NCBI GenBank assembly: GCA_004022145.1
Contig: RCNU01000006.1
Origin: Paecilomyces variotii
Lineage: Eukaryota
Direction: 5' to 3' (one strand)
DNA length: 64,000 nt
The notes under the pieces were generated by a model. That model had not been told where the DNA came from. It ran no database searches and saw only the letters and a list, made by a program, of their open reading frames with translations. The translations under genes were made by a program, and so were the position numbers. Shown here in pieces: positions 11,894-24,683 of this stretch. The first letter of the stretch is position 1. Every line of letters begins with the position of its first letter.

Positions 11894-13501
11894 TGGCTTC
11901 ATGACTTTCGACGTCTTAATTTGCTCGATCGGATCGACTCGATCTCCTACATTCACCTCCTTTTCTTTTCGCATATTTTCCGATATTCCCCCGACTGCGA
12001 TGACGTCCTTACCCCACTTTCTTCGGCCTACTCGCATCCGTTTTACTCATCACGACCACCTCCCCCTCTACCGACCACGCCTGGATCGGACTCTACGCCC
12101 AGTTGCTACGATGATAAGGGTCTGGTGCGGGGATAATTCGCTAATCACCACCAATGGAGGGCGCTGGACTGCTCCTAGGCCACCAAAAGGGCCGACTGAT
12201 AATCGCCTATATCGTCTCGCCCAGATCAGATCGGCCGTCGAGACTTCACTTTTAACTCATAATTCTTTTTGCCCGATGCGCCAGAGGATGTCTGCCATCT
12301 TTTCTTCAGTTTCACCTTTACCTCACTTTTCTACCCCGGGTTCGCGACGTTCATCGGTCAATTTGTTCAAAAACTTTTTGCTTTCCTTTGTCTCAGCGGT
12401 GTCGTCTGTTTTATCTGGATTGTTTAAAAATCACACAGCGGTCTGCAGGGAGGTCTGGCATTGGCTCCATGCCTCCCGGGTCCAGCAGTATCCTCTTGTT
12501 CTACTGTGTAAAATAGATTCATCATGGAGGAGGCCGCGCTACCATGACCAAATACTAGTTACTGTTGTAATACCCGAAAAATCAAGAAGGATTTTGAGGT
12601 TTTTTTCATCACGCCATCTCATCGCATTTCCAGTCGTGACTCGAACTGGGCCCAGCACGTTGTCCAGTATCCCTCCAGTTCAGGAATCCAGAGGGCCTCA
12701 AATGAGGCGTCCAGCTGACGTGGTGATACCACAACGATCCCATCCCATCCACCATGCACTCTTTCTGAGATCAGTTAGCCTCCGGCGACTCCGACATGCG
12801 TGCGCGGATCGACGCACTGGACAATGCTCACCTGCATTGCAGCTGGATCCCGAGTTTCGGTAATTTCTCTGCAAATCGGAATAAGCTCTATCTACAACGT
12901 CTACTCTGCAGTCTGTTGCCTATCTTATCTTGTACATATATGCTATGATCAATGCCCGCCATTTATTCATCGTCCGTAGCAATATCCAGCACTAGTTATA
13001 AAGCAAGTAAAGTGCGTTGTGCTCTGCTGTGCTGTTATCTACGTAAGTTATCCCACTACAACTAATTCCCCCTTGCTTCCTATCCGAAGTAAGTCTTGAC
13101 TTTGCAATAATAATATGTACGTAGCAGTTGTACAATACTTTAAGTTTCAAGTCCAACTGTGTGCATGGATGACGGCCTCCACTTCCATTCCAAGGGAGGA
13201 AGAGAACTATCAAGCGTAACGGCCATGTGAATGAGAATAGACAAAAAGGGGGGGGGAAGATTCCTTCCTTTTGCTATGTAGTATGTATCATAGTTCTTTT
13301 TTTTTTTTTGCCGTTGCAGATAAAGTATATATGTATGCGGTTCTTCAAGCTAATCTAAGCTTTTCTAACGGCCGAGATAAAGAAATGTATCATCTCTCAG
13401 GTTTTTCTTTTTATCTATAGTATAGTATAGCTCGGCTAAAAACGAACGGGAGAACGAGCGGGGAGGGGACAATAACGACGTTAGAAAAGTCGGAGAGTTT
13501 T

Positions 13502-13533
13502 GCGCGCGCGCGTGTGTGTGTGTGTGTGTGTGT
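13502..13533. repeat. (GC)n(GT)n alternating purine-pyrimidine microsatellite
   Basis: gcgcgcgcgcgtgtgtgtgtgtgtgtgtgtgtg read directly. Confidence 0.85.
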
Positions 13534-13946
13534 GGGAAGATTAGGTATTCTATCCCTTGCGTCATTGGGGGCAAGTGCGTGCTGGGTGTGTTTCGAATCT
13601 ACCATAAAGTTATGGGTGCGGTGCGAAAAGGAGAAAGGAAAGGAAAGGAAAGGGGGTGGGTTTTGTGGGTGTTAGGTATGATTTATTATTAATTAATTAT
13701 TTAATAGTTAGCATTATTTGGTTTGGATATTCTGGTATAGTATAGTAGTATCATGAGGGATTGCTGGATTTATCTTAGAGGTAGTTGGAAAGAGGTTCAT
13801 TATACTTATATGAGGTGTTGTTGTTCTCTTATAGGTTTGATTTATTAGCTTTTTGACAGGTATATTTAAGAACTAAAATGCTGTCCTCTTATCTTTTATG
13901 TAGGGGTCGTTACGATTTCATTATCCTAGCCACTCTTGATCTCCCA

Positions 13947-15768
13947 TCAAGGCTCAACCCCCGCCATGAATCCCAACCAACAACCCATCCGCAACCACGC
14001 GCGTCTCTCTCCCGCCTTCTCCCCTTGTGCTCTAGCTTCCTCGAAGATATCACTAATCCATCGATCCTCAGTCTCTGCAGGATTCTTCAACCGCAGGTCC
14101 CGTCGACGCCACCAATCGTGAATACTCGGACGAGGACCCCACAAGAAACCGTTATCAGGGAGGGGAAATCGGAGATCAGAGACTGATAACCGGGCATCAT
14201 CGCCCGTAACGCCAGAGAAGAGATTGCTTACTTTGAACAAGGTCAAAGAGAAACGTTTGGCCTCTTCCGTCCGGGCCCAGGCGTAGACGATGGGATCATC
14301 CGGACAGCCGCGGGCGAGCATGGATGGATAGAAGAATAGGCCCTGGACAAGACAGGTTTCGATTAGAGAGGTTAGGATAGATCGTACGCGGTCGAGAAGC
14401 GCTTCGGTGCTGTCTTCCTCTCTGGGGGGTGGGCCGGCGATCAGAGCGAAGATGATGTAGAGGAGGATCGATTGGTATGTTGCCATGGGCCATTGGGAGA
14501 TATCCTGCTGCTCTGGCTGCGGGGTGTGCCAACTTGTCTGGTTTAAAAGTCCTCAGCCTTTGTGACACTTCTTGAGTTGTCAAGTGCGAGGATATATGCT
14601 GTGTCGTTGAACTCAAAACTCACCATCTGCTCTTTTATAAGAGTGTGCAGGCGATCATGGATCTTCCACGCCTGACGTCGCGCTTTCGCTTCGCCGGTAA
14701 TCCATAAGCCGATCATCACGAGCGCCAACACGAGCACAGTCGGCTCTTCCTGGTATCGAAAGGACGCTTCATGTATGAAAGGCCACTGGGGGTTGAAGTG
14801 CAGAAAGTAAAGGCGGACGTAGTACGCGGTATCGATGGGCTGGGTAGTATAATCGTCATCATCCAGACCAGCTGGATAATCAAGAGAGTAATAGGAGGAG
14901 GAAAACATATTCCCTGGCCATGTCTGCCATGGAACGGTGGAATCAGCCGGTGCCAACTGCAGTCCTTCTCGCTGTAGTTGCTCTTCGTGTTGGACTAGTT
15001 GCATTTTGGCTGATATCGTAGAGTTGGAAGGGGGAGGAGATTCGCTTTTTCTTCTATGATTTGGAACGCCTGATGCTACCGGTGACAGTTCCTGATCATT
15101 TCTGCCGACCAGGTATGACTGCTGAGGAGGAGGAGGAGGAGGATCGATAAGTCTCCTATTAGGATCCTGAGGGATAATAGAATCCGAAACGATCTCCGCT
15201 TCTGAGGCGCTGACTTTCTGCCGATGTTGCCTCTTCGACCTTGGACTCGCCCTGTCGAATGAACAGACAACACCTCTCTTTTGGCAGATAGAGCAAGGGA
15301 GCTGTCCATCGCACCTAGACTTTTGGATGCGGCAGCGATTGCAGGCTTTAAGCACTCGCGCCGGATTTGGCTGGTCGTTCTTGTTATGAACTTTCTTATG
15401 TCGTTGTAGGGTGTCACTGGAGATTTCCGTCAGTTTTTTGTTGGGACACCAATAATGATAGAAATTGGATCCAGAAATTCTCAAGTCTATATATATATAA
15501 TTATATACACTTGAATATACAGTTCTCCCACAATTCTTCTAATATCTGTTTCGTTTTCTGACAATTTACGTCTTCATACTAAAACAACCAAAATAACTCA
15601 CCTCCTATCGAAACTAGCCCGGCATAGATTGCAACTAAATATTCCCCTCTGCGAGTGTCGAATCGCATGGCGCGCCAGGTGCTCTTTTCGACGGTATGTA
15701 GCGCCGCATCCTGGATGCTGACACGTGAACCGGCGGATGTTCTCATTTTCTGTTGGCTTGGTAGACAT
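13947..15768 (-). CDS. Transcription factor with two C2H2 fingers, a Zn(II)2Cys6 cluster and a fungal TF middle-homology region; 3 exons, ~516 aa
   Basis: Exon 1 15768-15602 (absent from the ORF track) reads MSTKPTENENIRRFTCQHPGCGATYRRKEHLARHAIRHSQRGIFSCNLCRASFDR. Exon 2 15416-14624 completes finger 2 (SDTLQRHKKVH) and has ACNRCRIQKSRCDGQLPCSICQKRGVVC and YFLHFNPQWPFIH. Exon 3 is 14537-13947. Total length is divisible by 3. Confidence 0.9.
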
Positions 15769-16508
15769 AATAGTTCACTCCAGTTGAGTAGTGATGCAGT
15801 CGAAGATAAAATTACAGAGAGAGAAAGGGAAATAAAAATAAAAATAAAAGATTCATAACTTGACTCGGTAGTGCCATATCTTCCGTCTGTACGAGGAGGG
15901 TTAAATAATTACTACCAAGTCAAGTCAGTAAAGCTCCGAGTGGGATGGGATGGTCCGGGTGGGATGACACCCGTGATACTTAGCGCCAAGGTTTCCCACG
16001 AACAAAGACTTACTCCCATGGATAACTGGGGGACGTTTGATAATTGACCGCATGTACTGTATATAGATAGAGAGTACTCAAAATATAGGTCAGATGAATA
16101 TTGTAGATCAAGATGTCACGTGTTTGTAGATAAAATTGTCACTTAACATGCATTATTTTCTATAGATAGGCCCACGGTGCTCTGAGTACTTACTTAGGTG
16201 CATGAAAAAGAGGCTGAGCTATTACCGTAGCTAACTGTCCCTGCTAGGATTCACCTGGAAAAGCATTCTGGAATAGAGGGAACATAATTTACGATATATG
16301 AAACCACATGAGACGCATGTCTGCACTCCATCCAGCTATGCCCAACATCAGCCCTATCCAAATCAGAAAGGCGAAACCGAACCAACCCACTTAGGTACTT
16401 ACATCATCCAACATCTACCCGCAGTCACGATAACCCTGCTCACAATAACAACCACGACCTACTGAACAGAGCATTCCACGCAGAATCTTCCCAGCATTCA
16501 TCCTTAAG

Positions 16509-17536
16509 ATGACAGAACCAATGCCTCCCATTGAACAGAAGGACCCGACAGAGCCTGACCCGTCCGCGCAGGATCCAAACGTCGACGGTGGCGTCTCCAC
16601 GCAGGTCTACCTGCCTCGAATCACGATCAAGTACTGCACGCAGTGTAAATGGATGCTGCGGGCGGCATATGTAAGTGGTTCTTTCTGCTTGAAGCTGTCT
16701 GTGCTCTTTTTCTACATGTTCAACAGGTACTCTCTCGTTTCTCCGCAGTGGTATTTTATTATTTGGCTTTTGATTGTGATGATTCATTCCAGCCTGGGCG
16801 TTTGGGCGTTTCTTCTATTATCGCACTATCATATATTTTACGTTCTTTCCATCTGCCTTGCATCTTTCTGTTTTCCATACACTATCGTCTTCAGCCTTTC
16901 AAGAAAGATGGTCGTCGACTTCCGGAATCGAAGTCCTGCCCTAATTCTTTTGAACGGCGTTCGCGTATACCAGACCATCTATATCTGACTTAATACAGTT
17001 TGGACAAGAGCTTCTCTCGACCTTCAACACCTCACTAGGCGAAGTAGCCTTGGTCCCAACAACCGGCGGCGTTTTCACCGTGACGATCCAGCACAAGTCC
17101 GGAGATGATCCCTCACTCAAGGAAACGCTTCTATGGGATCGAAAATCCATGGGTGGATTCCCTGGTTCGTATTTGCTTAAAAGCACACTATACACATGTC
17201 CAAGTTAGGATAACGCTAACCTTCATCCTAGAAGTCAAGAACTTGAAATCCCTCGTGCGCAACGTCGTCGATCCCTCCCGGGACCTAGGCCACGTTGACC
17301 GCGCTCTGGGAAAAGAGATCAAAGCGAGAGATACTGCGGTTGCGCCGAATGTGACGGGTCCCGTATCAAGTAGTACCGGGCCTGCGCCTACGGGTGGCAT
17401 AGCGCCATCGCCGGCCTCTAGGACAGTGGCAGAGAACACTGACACGAAGCCTGGGATGGGGGCTCCGGCAGAGACGATTCAGAGATGTGGTTCTGCGGGG
17501 AATAAGAATGATAGGGAAGAGTGTGAGGATTGTTAA
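16509..17536 (+). CDS. Rdx family (SelT/SelW/SelH-like) thioredoxin-fold protein, Cys homologue; 3 exons, ~210 aa
   Basis: Exons 16509-16670, 16999-17164, 17232-17536. Motifs PRITIKYCTQCKWMLRAAYFGQELLSTF, GGVFTV, LLWDRK..GGFPEVKNLKSLVRNVVDPSRDLGHVD. CxxC with no in-frame TGA; C-terminal ECEDC. Confidence 0.92.
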
Positions 17537-18642
17537 TAGTGATGTGTATGCAGAAAACGAGGGTTCACTGTAGAATTGTAGGAATTGATTGATTGTGCTT
17601 ATCCGTTTGAGCTCGTGCTCGTATAGATGCCTAACGTTATTAGAGTTCTGTAAATCTACTGCCTATATCTCCTGCCTCAAGAGTCTAGTCAGAACTAGAT
17701 CAAAAACACGCTTCCGTCCAGAAACTTGACTGACACCCTAATCTACGCGACGACTCGAACAGATTACCAACAGTATGTTAAGAGGCATGAGCCGGTAGAA
17801 GATGGCGTCGAAATTGGTATATCCTGTATGTACATGGTACAAATGCAGCGGAAATCTGTACACAAAGATCCATAACCCAAAAAGTCATGGAAAAAAAAAG
17901 AAGCATCCAAAGCCAGAAAAGAAAGAGAAGAAAACAAACAGGCAGGATGAATAATAGATATAGATCGAGGAGGACCTAACATAATAGCAGGATCCTCGAC
18001 CTCATGCATGGAAGAAGATAGCAAAAGAATGATGTGAAACCAGGCGACGACGGAAGCCATGTGACACTAACTATTGACAGAGGATATCCCCCGACAAGTA
18101 CAGACGAGTGAATCGTAGACAGGGAACAATTTTGACTGTTGCCTCTGTCGTCCCCAGACGCGAGGTGCGCGCGTACTGAGGGCGGCGGGCGGCTTCCACT
18201 TTTTAGCATTAAGAACTTCACTCGATACCAACTCTCCGTCATCCCATGTCCATGGGACTCGCAAGGCCACAACCTCATCGTGTCTAACTGGTATCACATC
18301 ATGCAATAATCGCCAAAAGGATGATGAACATCCCGCAAAATAAAAACCAAAATAAAAAAAAAAAGGTGAGAACTGAACGCAGTGGGGCAGCTGCCATATC
18401 CTCGCGTCGCTTGCCACCAAGAAGACCCAAAAAGATTACACTTAGAAAACCCAGGAAAAAAGAGAACCTCGAAATCCAAATGCGGTCGTGAGATCATGCA
18501 CCTTTTTTTGTGAACCGGAACCCAACATCGTAACGACACGCCTCACCTGGCGTTAAGCCAAAACACCAAATAGAATAACTCGACGCCCCCAAGAACACCG
18601 TGCAAAATCATCAAAACGAGATTGTTACAAATGCGAGTTCTC

Positions 18643-21600
18643 CTATAGCTCCCCACTCACTTCTTGCGGATGCGAAGGGTGACTTTTGCGTCTCCAAAAG
18701 GCTAGACGAAGACGGCTCCGTCGCCTCGGTACTGTCCGCTGCATACCATCACTGCCATGAGACTCTGCGTGAGAATCTCCTGTCCTCCCACTACCGCTGG
18801 CCACAGTCGAAGCAGCAGGACTGCGGGTACCGTTGCGGACGATAGTCGTCTTGATGTCGTCTTTACTGACATCCTCAACACGATGAGATGGTCGCCGCTG
18901 GTGTCTGTATGGACCGAGATGCCCATTGCCATCATAGTCGCGATGAACATAGCTTGGCACGTCGGAAGATGATGGTCTGCTGCAGCCGCTGTCATAAACA
19001 TCGTGAGGAGAGAAGTCCTTGTCCTCACCGCTATCTACCGTAAGGAAACTGGTCGCATTCGTGGCCGGCGAGACCGGAGTCATCACCGTGTTGGTATATG
19101 TACTACCACTCTGTGTGCGGGCATAGCTGGTGCGGTTCGAGTTCGATGGCAGAGACGACGAATTCTTAGAGAGATGGTTATGGTGGTTATTAGACCGATG
19201 ACTCTGATGCGAGCAGCGTCGACTCTCTGATTGCTCTGGATATCCACCGTTGAGGCTGGAGTTTCGAGCCTCCTGCCCTCTCTGAGATGAGCCTGCTAGG
19301 AGAACAGCAGCTAGGACTGACGATTCGCTCGAGGGCGACTTCATGCCGTCCGATTCATCCACCTGAGGACGTAGGTTGAATTGTGGAGTATCGGATCCCC
19401 CAGGCTCGGCTGGAAGAGCCATTGTCCTTACAGAAGCTGACGACTGACGGCGTGGGCTTTCTGTGACCAGGGCAGTTGACGGCACTGAAAAGACTGGACC
19501 GGAAGACTCAGGCAGATCAACCTGACTTATGGTGCTGCCATTACGATCCTCAGGCGAAGTCAAATCCTCGTCAGTGGGCACATTCTCTTTGGGCGTCGAA
19601 AAGGGCACTGAATCGCCGGAACGTTCGCGCGCTGGCACAACAGGGCTCCTGGAGCGTGGAGAACGAGTTATCTCAACACGACCTCCTGACTGCTGAGATT
19701 TACGTTTCTCCCGGTCTGCAAGACTCTGCCAAATGGATTGGTTAGTCCGAATTTGCTGCGATGCAAATAACATTTGTGACATGAGATCCGCGACACCCTC
19801 GAAGAGGGGCAAGGCAAATATGGACATAAAGCCGATCTGTCCTGTGGCGAGCTTGAGAATATTTCCCAGCTCTGGGGGACCTCCAAATAGGGCCGTTTCC
19901 ATCCCGACCTCCTTCTCCATCTCGCCTTGGTTCGCGAATTCCTCTTGAAGAATGTTTGTCCATTTTTCTGCAACTCGCCACGGTCGGGCCTGGAACGGTT
20001 TTGTTAGCAAGCTTCGTTACACTCCATGAGATGCTCAAACTACTCACGACGTTACTGATATCTGCGCACTTGATGAGAAGACCGCAGAGGAGAGTCCGGT
20101 AATTCTCGATATCTTGGGGCTTCCATGTCTGCACGTCATCATTCTCATGATATTTCTCCTGCAGGCTACCGAGGCTCTCCATGAATTTATGATGGACACC
20201 CATATCAGTTGCCAGTATGGAGCTAATGAGTAGCTTTCGCACCTGCCTGTCCTTGAAGGCGGCTGGCCAATGTCGGCGAAGAATCTGAGAAAACGCGGCA
20301 CAATGGAAAGCCTCCAGAACAGAATTGTCGTTATAGAGTTGAGCCAAAGGCGCATTCAATTTGACAAGGAAGATGTTGTTCACACCGGGATGGCCAACAT
20401 CGTGGCCGATTGATGCAATAAGAAGAGTGAGAGCATCCAGTGGTGTTAGCATCGACGCGATGGGCGATCTGACGGTAGGGACGTCACCCGGATCCATTGC
20501 ATACGGCGGCAAAACGCCAATCTGGAGTAGAAAGAAGAAAACCGATTGTAGGACGTCGATAGCATGACGGAAGTTATGGTATAAGACGAAGGAGTTGTAG
20601 GAGGCTCGGCTGGCTAGGAGGAACGTCCTGACTTCTCCCGGTGTGAGTTTCCACTCTTCAAGTTCTGGCATGGTCAATGCATGCTCAAGCATCTTGCATG
20701 CGCCGTATACCAGTTCGTCCTCAGTGAAGTCGTGCGCACAAAACCACCAGTTTCCTATTTCGCGTTCAACAAATTGTTTGCGGTCGTCGAGGACATAAAG
20801 CTCGCTGCCCCAAATGTCAGTCGTGAACTAACCGAAGGTGAATATTGCAGCCACTTACCGATCTTGGAAGTCATCAATAACTTCTTCGGGAACGCAAATT
20901 CCTTTCATGAGCTTTGACACCCTTTACATCGTGTTAGTGAGGGGCACGAATGATAGCGAAAGGTTGAAACACTCACATGGCCTCTCTCAGATAGGCGTAT
21001 GGTTGCTGGTCATGCACACCGACCCACGAATGCTTTCGAAGCTTACGATTCGCAAGGAAACCAGAAAGCTCTTTCTGTGCGGCCCTGCGGGTACGATAAG
21101 CATGAACCGCCAGACCGTGGACTCTATTCTTTTCCAACGGGGACGTCAAGACATCCACTGCCCCTGCATCTAGACAACGGGCAATCTGTTTCGACTCAGG
21201 TATTGGCAGTTCAGTGCCCTGTTGCTCCGTCGGGAAAGTCGCCGGCTCTCCTGAAGAAGCGAAGGGTCGCATAATAAGGGGCAAATGAGAACTTCCAGAT
21301 CTCGGCCCAGATAATGCTGAGTCCGATGGACGCAGAATTGCAACAGGAACAACTAACTTCGGTCCATCCTGCACCTGGATATCTGATGTCAAATGGAAAA
21401 GAAGCTGCAGCCCGTAAGATTCTTCAGATTCGGATGAATATTTCATGCCACGACGAGCGGCCGCAGATGAGGATGCGGCTGGGAATTCCGTGCCGAACTG
21501 CAGGCTCGTTCTCCGGTGAGCTGAAGCCTGTTCTTCAGAAAGGCCGACATCGAAAAAAGCGAAGATAGGCGTACAGTCGTTCCCTGACTGTTCAGTGAGA

Positions 21601-21911
21601 GTTGCTAATTGACTAGCAAAAGACTTTCCTGAATGGCACAGGTAAACTGGAAATCACTGTTGTCAGTCTGGAACGGCTAATGTAACATTCAAGAAAGGGG
21701 CAGCGATTAAAACCCTCGAGAAACCTGGGAACATACTCTGTTTGCTAATTTCTAGTAGCATTTCAACGTTCGACTGGAGAATCTCCGGCTCATCAGCCAA
21801 AATAAATGAACCAGCGGAGCCTGTAGAGGCGTCAGACGAATTCCGCCTGACCCATCTCTCGGCTTTAACGCGGTCATCGATGTAGACAGCACAACATTCG
21901 GCGCGGTCCAT
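18643..21911 (-). CDS. High-affinity class I 3',5'-cyclic nucleotide phosphodiesterase (PdeH/PdeB/Pde2 type); 5 exons, ~1003 aa
   Basis: Exons 21911-21737, 21646-20977, 20921-20859, 20804-20048, 19989-18643 join in frame. PDEase_I motifs YHNFRHAIDV, HDVGHPGVNN, SVLEAFH, ILATDM, LIKCADISN, EFANQGE; Ser-rich tail. Confidence 0.94.
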
Positions 21912-24683
21912 GATGATGCCTCACGGAGTTGAGAACCCAAGGAGGGATATCCTCAACTGTCCGTGTCAGAATGTCGGAAAGGACTTGATTCGGCCACCGG
22001 TATGCCCATACAGTCCCAGGGAGACCCAAAGGTACAAGGATATCGGTGATCTGCGGGTTCGAGGGAGATTGGAGGAAATTCGGACACAGAACGCGCACAC
22101 TGGCGACAAGTGATTGATGATATACTCAGGACGCACAATGTGTTTGCCGCCTGACTCCTATGAAAGTTTCCACCCCCACAAACTCACGAGACGACGTCGG
22201 TGATGACACAGGAGTCGCGCGTATCCTGTCAAACACTCGGACTCCGTACTCTTCGCAGAAAGGCCAGGTGCCACGGCAATGCTCGGGTGTAGGACGCAGG
22301 CCTGTCTTCCGGAGACTCGTGTTGGACTCCAGTATTTGGTCGAGCGATTCCTCGCCGGAATTGAAAAAGAATGTCAACGGGATCGCAGTGCCAACGTCAC
22401 ACACGTTATCCGACAGATAGGGAAAAGAATGACTGCGCGAAACATCCAGGATCCGCGGGAAAGACTCGGCCGGCAGTCGAAGAAGATGGCAGATGAACTG
22501 GAAGACTCTCAAGGAGTCATGGCGTGAGCAGCGGTGGTGACCGGCAAGACAGGAATGGTTCGGGAGGAACAAGGGGGCCAGAATCGAACAGCCTTACGGG
22601 CGAAAAGGGGGTCACGTTGCGGAATTGATGTTCGGGCGAGTATCGCGCACACGCACGGCGGTCCTGGAAAGAAGATAGAAGGGCTGCGGAAGGTGCAGAA
22701 ACAAAGGAAGAGAAGGAGGGACTACAGAGGAAATGCGAATGTGGAGATGGGGGAGAACGAGATGGAGCGAGAGAGGGAGAGTAAGGCTTAGCAGACCCTT
22801 GGGCGAGGCGGCACGGTCTTGCGGCAGGCTTCTGCTGGCCTTCTGGAAGGTGTCTGTGGTTGGCCGAACCAGAGGAGCCACTGGGGCTGGCACGGAGAAG
22901 ACTCGTCGAGCCTTTTGGATGGGATATCCAGGCTTTCCTTGTCTTCGCCGACGGGTCAGCGAGTCAGCATCTTGCGAGACGATCTGGCCGGCCGGCAGCC
23001 TCTGTCAACCGCGGGCTTGCCCTGGCCCTGCTTTCTACGGAGAATTCTACGGAGAGGACGACACATGCGTGTTCACTTGGACGCCGATCCGGGCGATAAG
23101 TGAGTCGCGAGTGGAGTAGCGCCAGTCTTAGCCGTGGCTTTGCTAGTCATCTTTTCTAGAAGCCGTCGGCCGGCTGTGGTGCCCAGCGAACAATAGTTCC
23201 GTCAGCCCAGATCGCGATGGGGACCAGCACCCAGCTCGTGTCAAGGTTATCGCCTGGTGGTTGCATGTTTCAGCGGGGGTGCTCTAGAGAAGCCCCCTAA
23301 AACCAGGCTGGCCCTTTGGCGGCTGAAGGAGACGAAGGAAAATGGATGAGATGACCACAGACGGGACGTGGCGGCCCTGTTGCCAGCGGGGCACGAGCCG
23401 ATAAGCTGCGAACCACCGATACACAGACACAACGCTCGTCATCGACCGCGATGGGCGATCGTTGTTGTTCATCGCGCAGAAGCGAGTGCCGATGTCGTCA
23501 GCCCCGACTGGAGGATCGACTTGGCTGATCGGTTTCCCCCTCTGCTCACTACGCTCGTCGAGGCTCGCCAGCAACAACACCTCCAGGGTCTGTACTACCG
23601 TTCTCCTGCATCGCGGACCGCAGCGTGGCCTGGTAGATCCCCCGTGCGATCGATCAGCCTATCCCCGCCCACAGTCGCTCCCCCGACGGTGCGGTGGCGA
23701 AATGCCGACAAAAAACTGCTGGAGAGACGATGAATGAATATCGCACCTCCAACTCTGTCAACCGCTCAGCGTCATAAAGGTTAAGCGACGCCTCTATCCA
23801 TCACTTTTTGGCCCCCTTGCTGGGCCATCCTGCTGCTGGGATTCGCCGTACCGGTGACATTTACGCCGTTCCGCCCATCGACCAATAAAGCGCCCCCAAC
23901 CTGCCCGTTCGACGTCGACCAGTCAATGAGGGGTTACCGATCGTCGACTCTGAGGGATTCTGCTCGCAGCCTAGAGCACGAGTCCCTTGTTGATGTGGTA
24001 TTCTCATTACTCATTATTCGTGATGGCTGGCCCGTTTTTTGCCCCGCTCACGGTCCAAGAACACATTTACGAAAGCCCCGATGCACGTTACTACCGTCAC
24101 AGTTGATCCGAAGTTCATCGGAGCAAACCGATTGGCGAGGTGCGAAGGTGTTTCCTCATAAAACTAACCTGTTCAAGGGCACCAGTATTATTATTATTCT
24201 GCGCGCGAAATCATAATTCAGCGTTACCCATGACAGCCACAATACAATAATGCCTTGCAGAAACATCGGCTTCTCGAAGCCTTATTGTTTTTTCAAACCC
24301 GGGCAGCGAGCCGATAGGGTCCCGTCTGCCGTGTACTCTACATGTTTTTGGCTTGCAGCAATATCTAACTGAAAAAACAGACCATACCCATTTCAGTACT
24401 TGGTCCGATATGGGGTAACATCTGCTCGTAAACATCATCAGCTCAGATGTTTATGGTCGATGTATGGGTCCGCGCTAATTGATCTTCTTTATCTCTTCTT
24501 TGTTTTCGACGGTAGTCATATCCGGGCGCTATCTACTATTATCGTCTGGCAAGTATAATTGGCTCTCGATGGGTTTGACTGACCACAGGATAACGCCGTG
24601 ATAAAATAGTATTATTATATTCACCAGGAAGAGATGTCTAGACTAGGACGGACTTTGGGCATCCCTTTCTTTTTCACTTTAGA

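Noticed and set aside
16509..17536. Possible selenoprotein
   Set aside because: Active site is CTQC with Cys codons; no in-frame TGA in the spliced CDS.
22071..22100. GGAAATTCGG resembling RNase P RNA conserved region I
   Set aside because: No matching downstream CR-V/P4 partner found; lies antisense within the presumed PDE leader.
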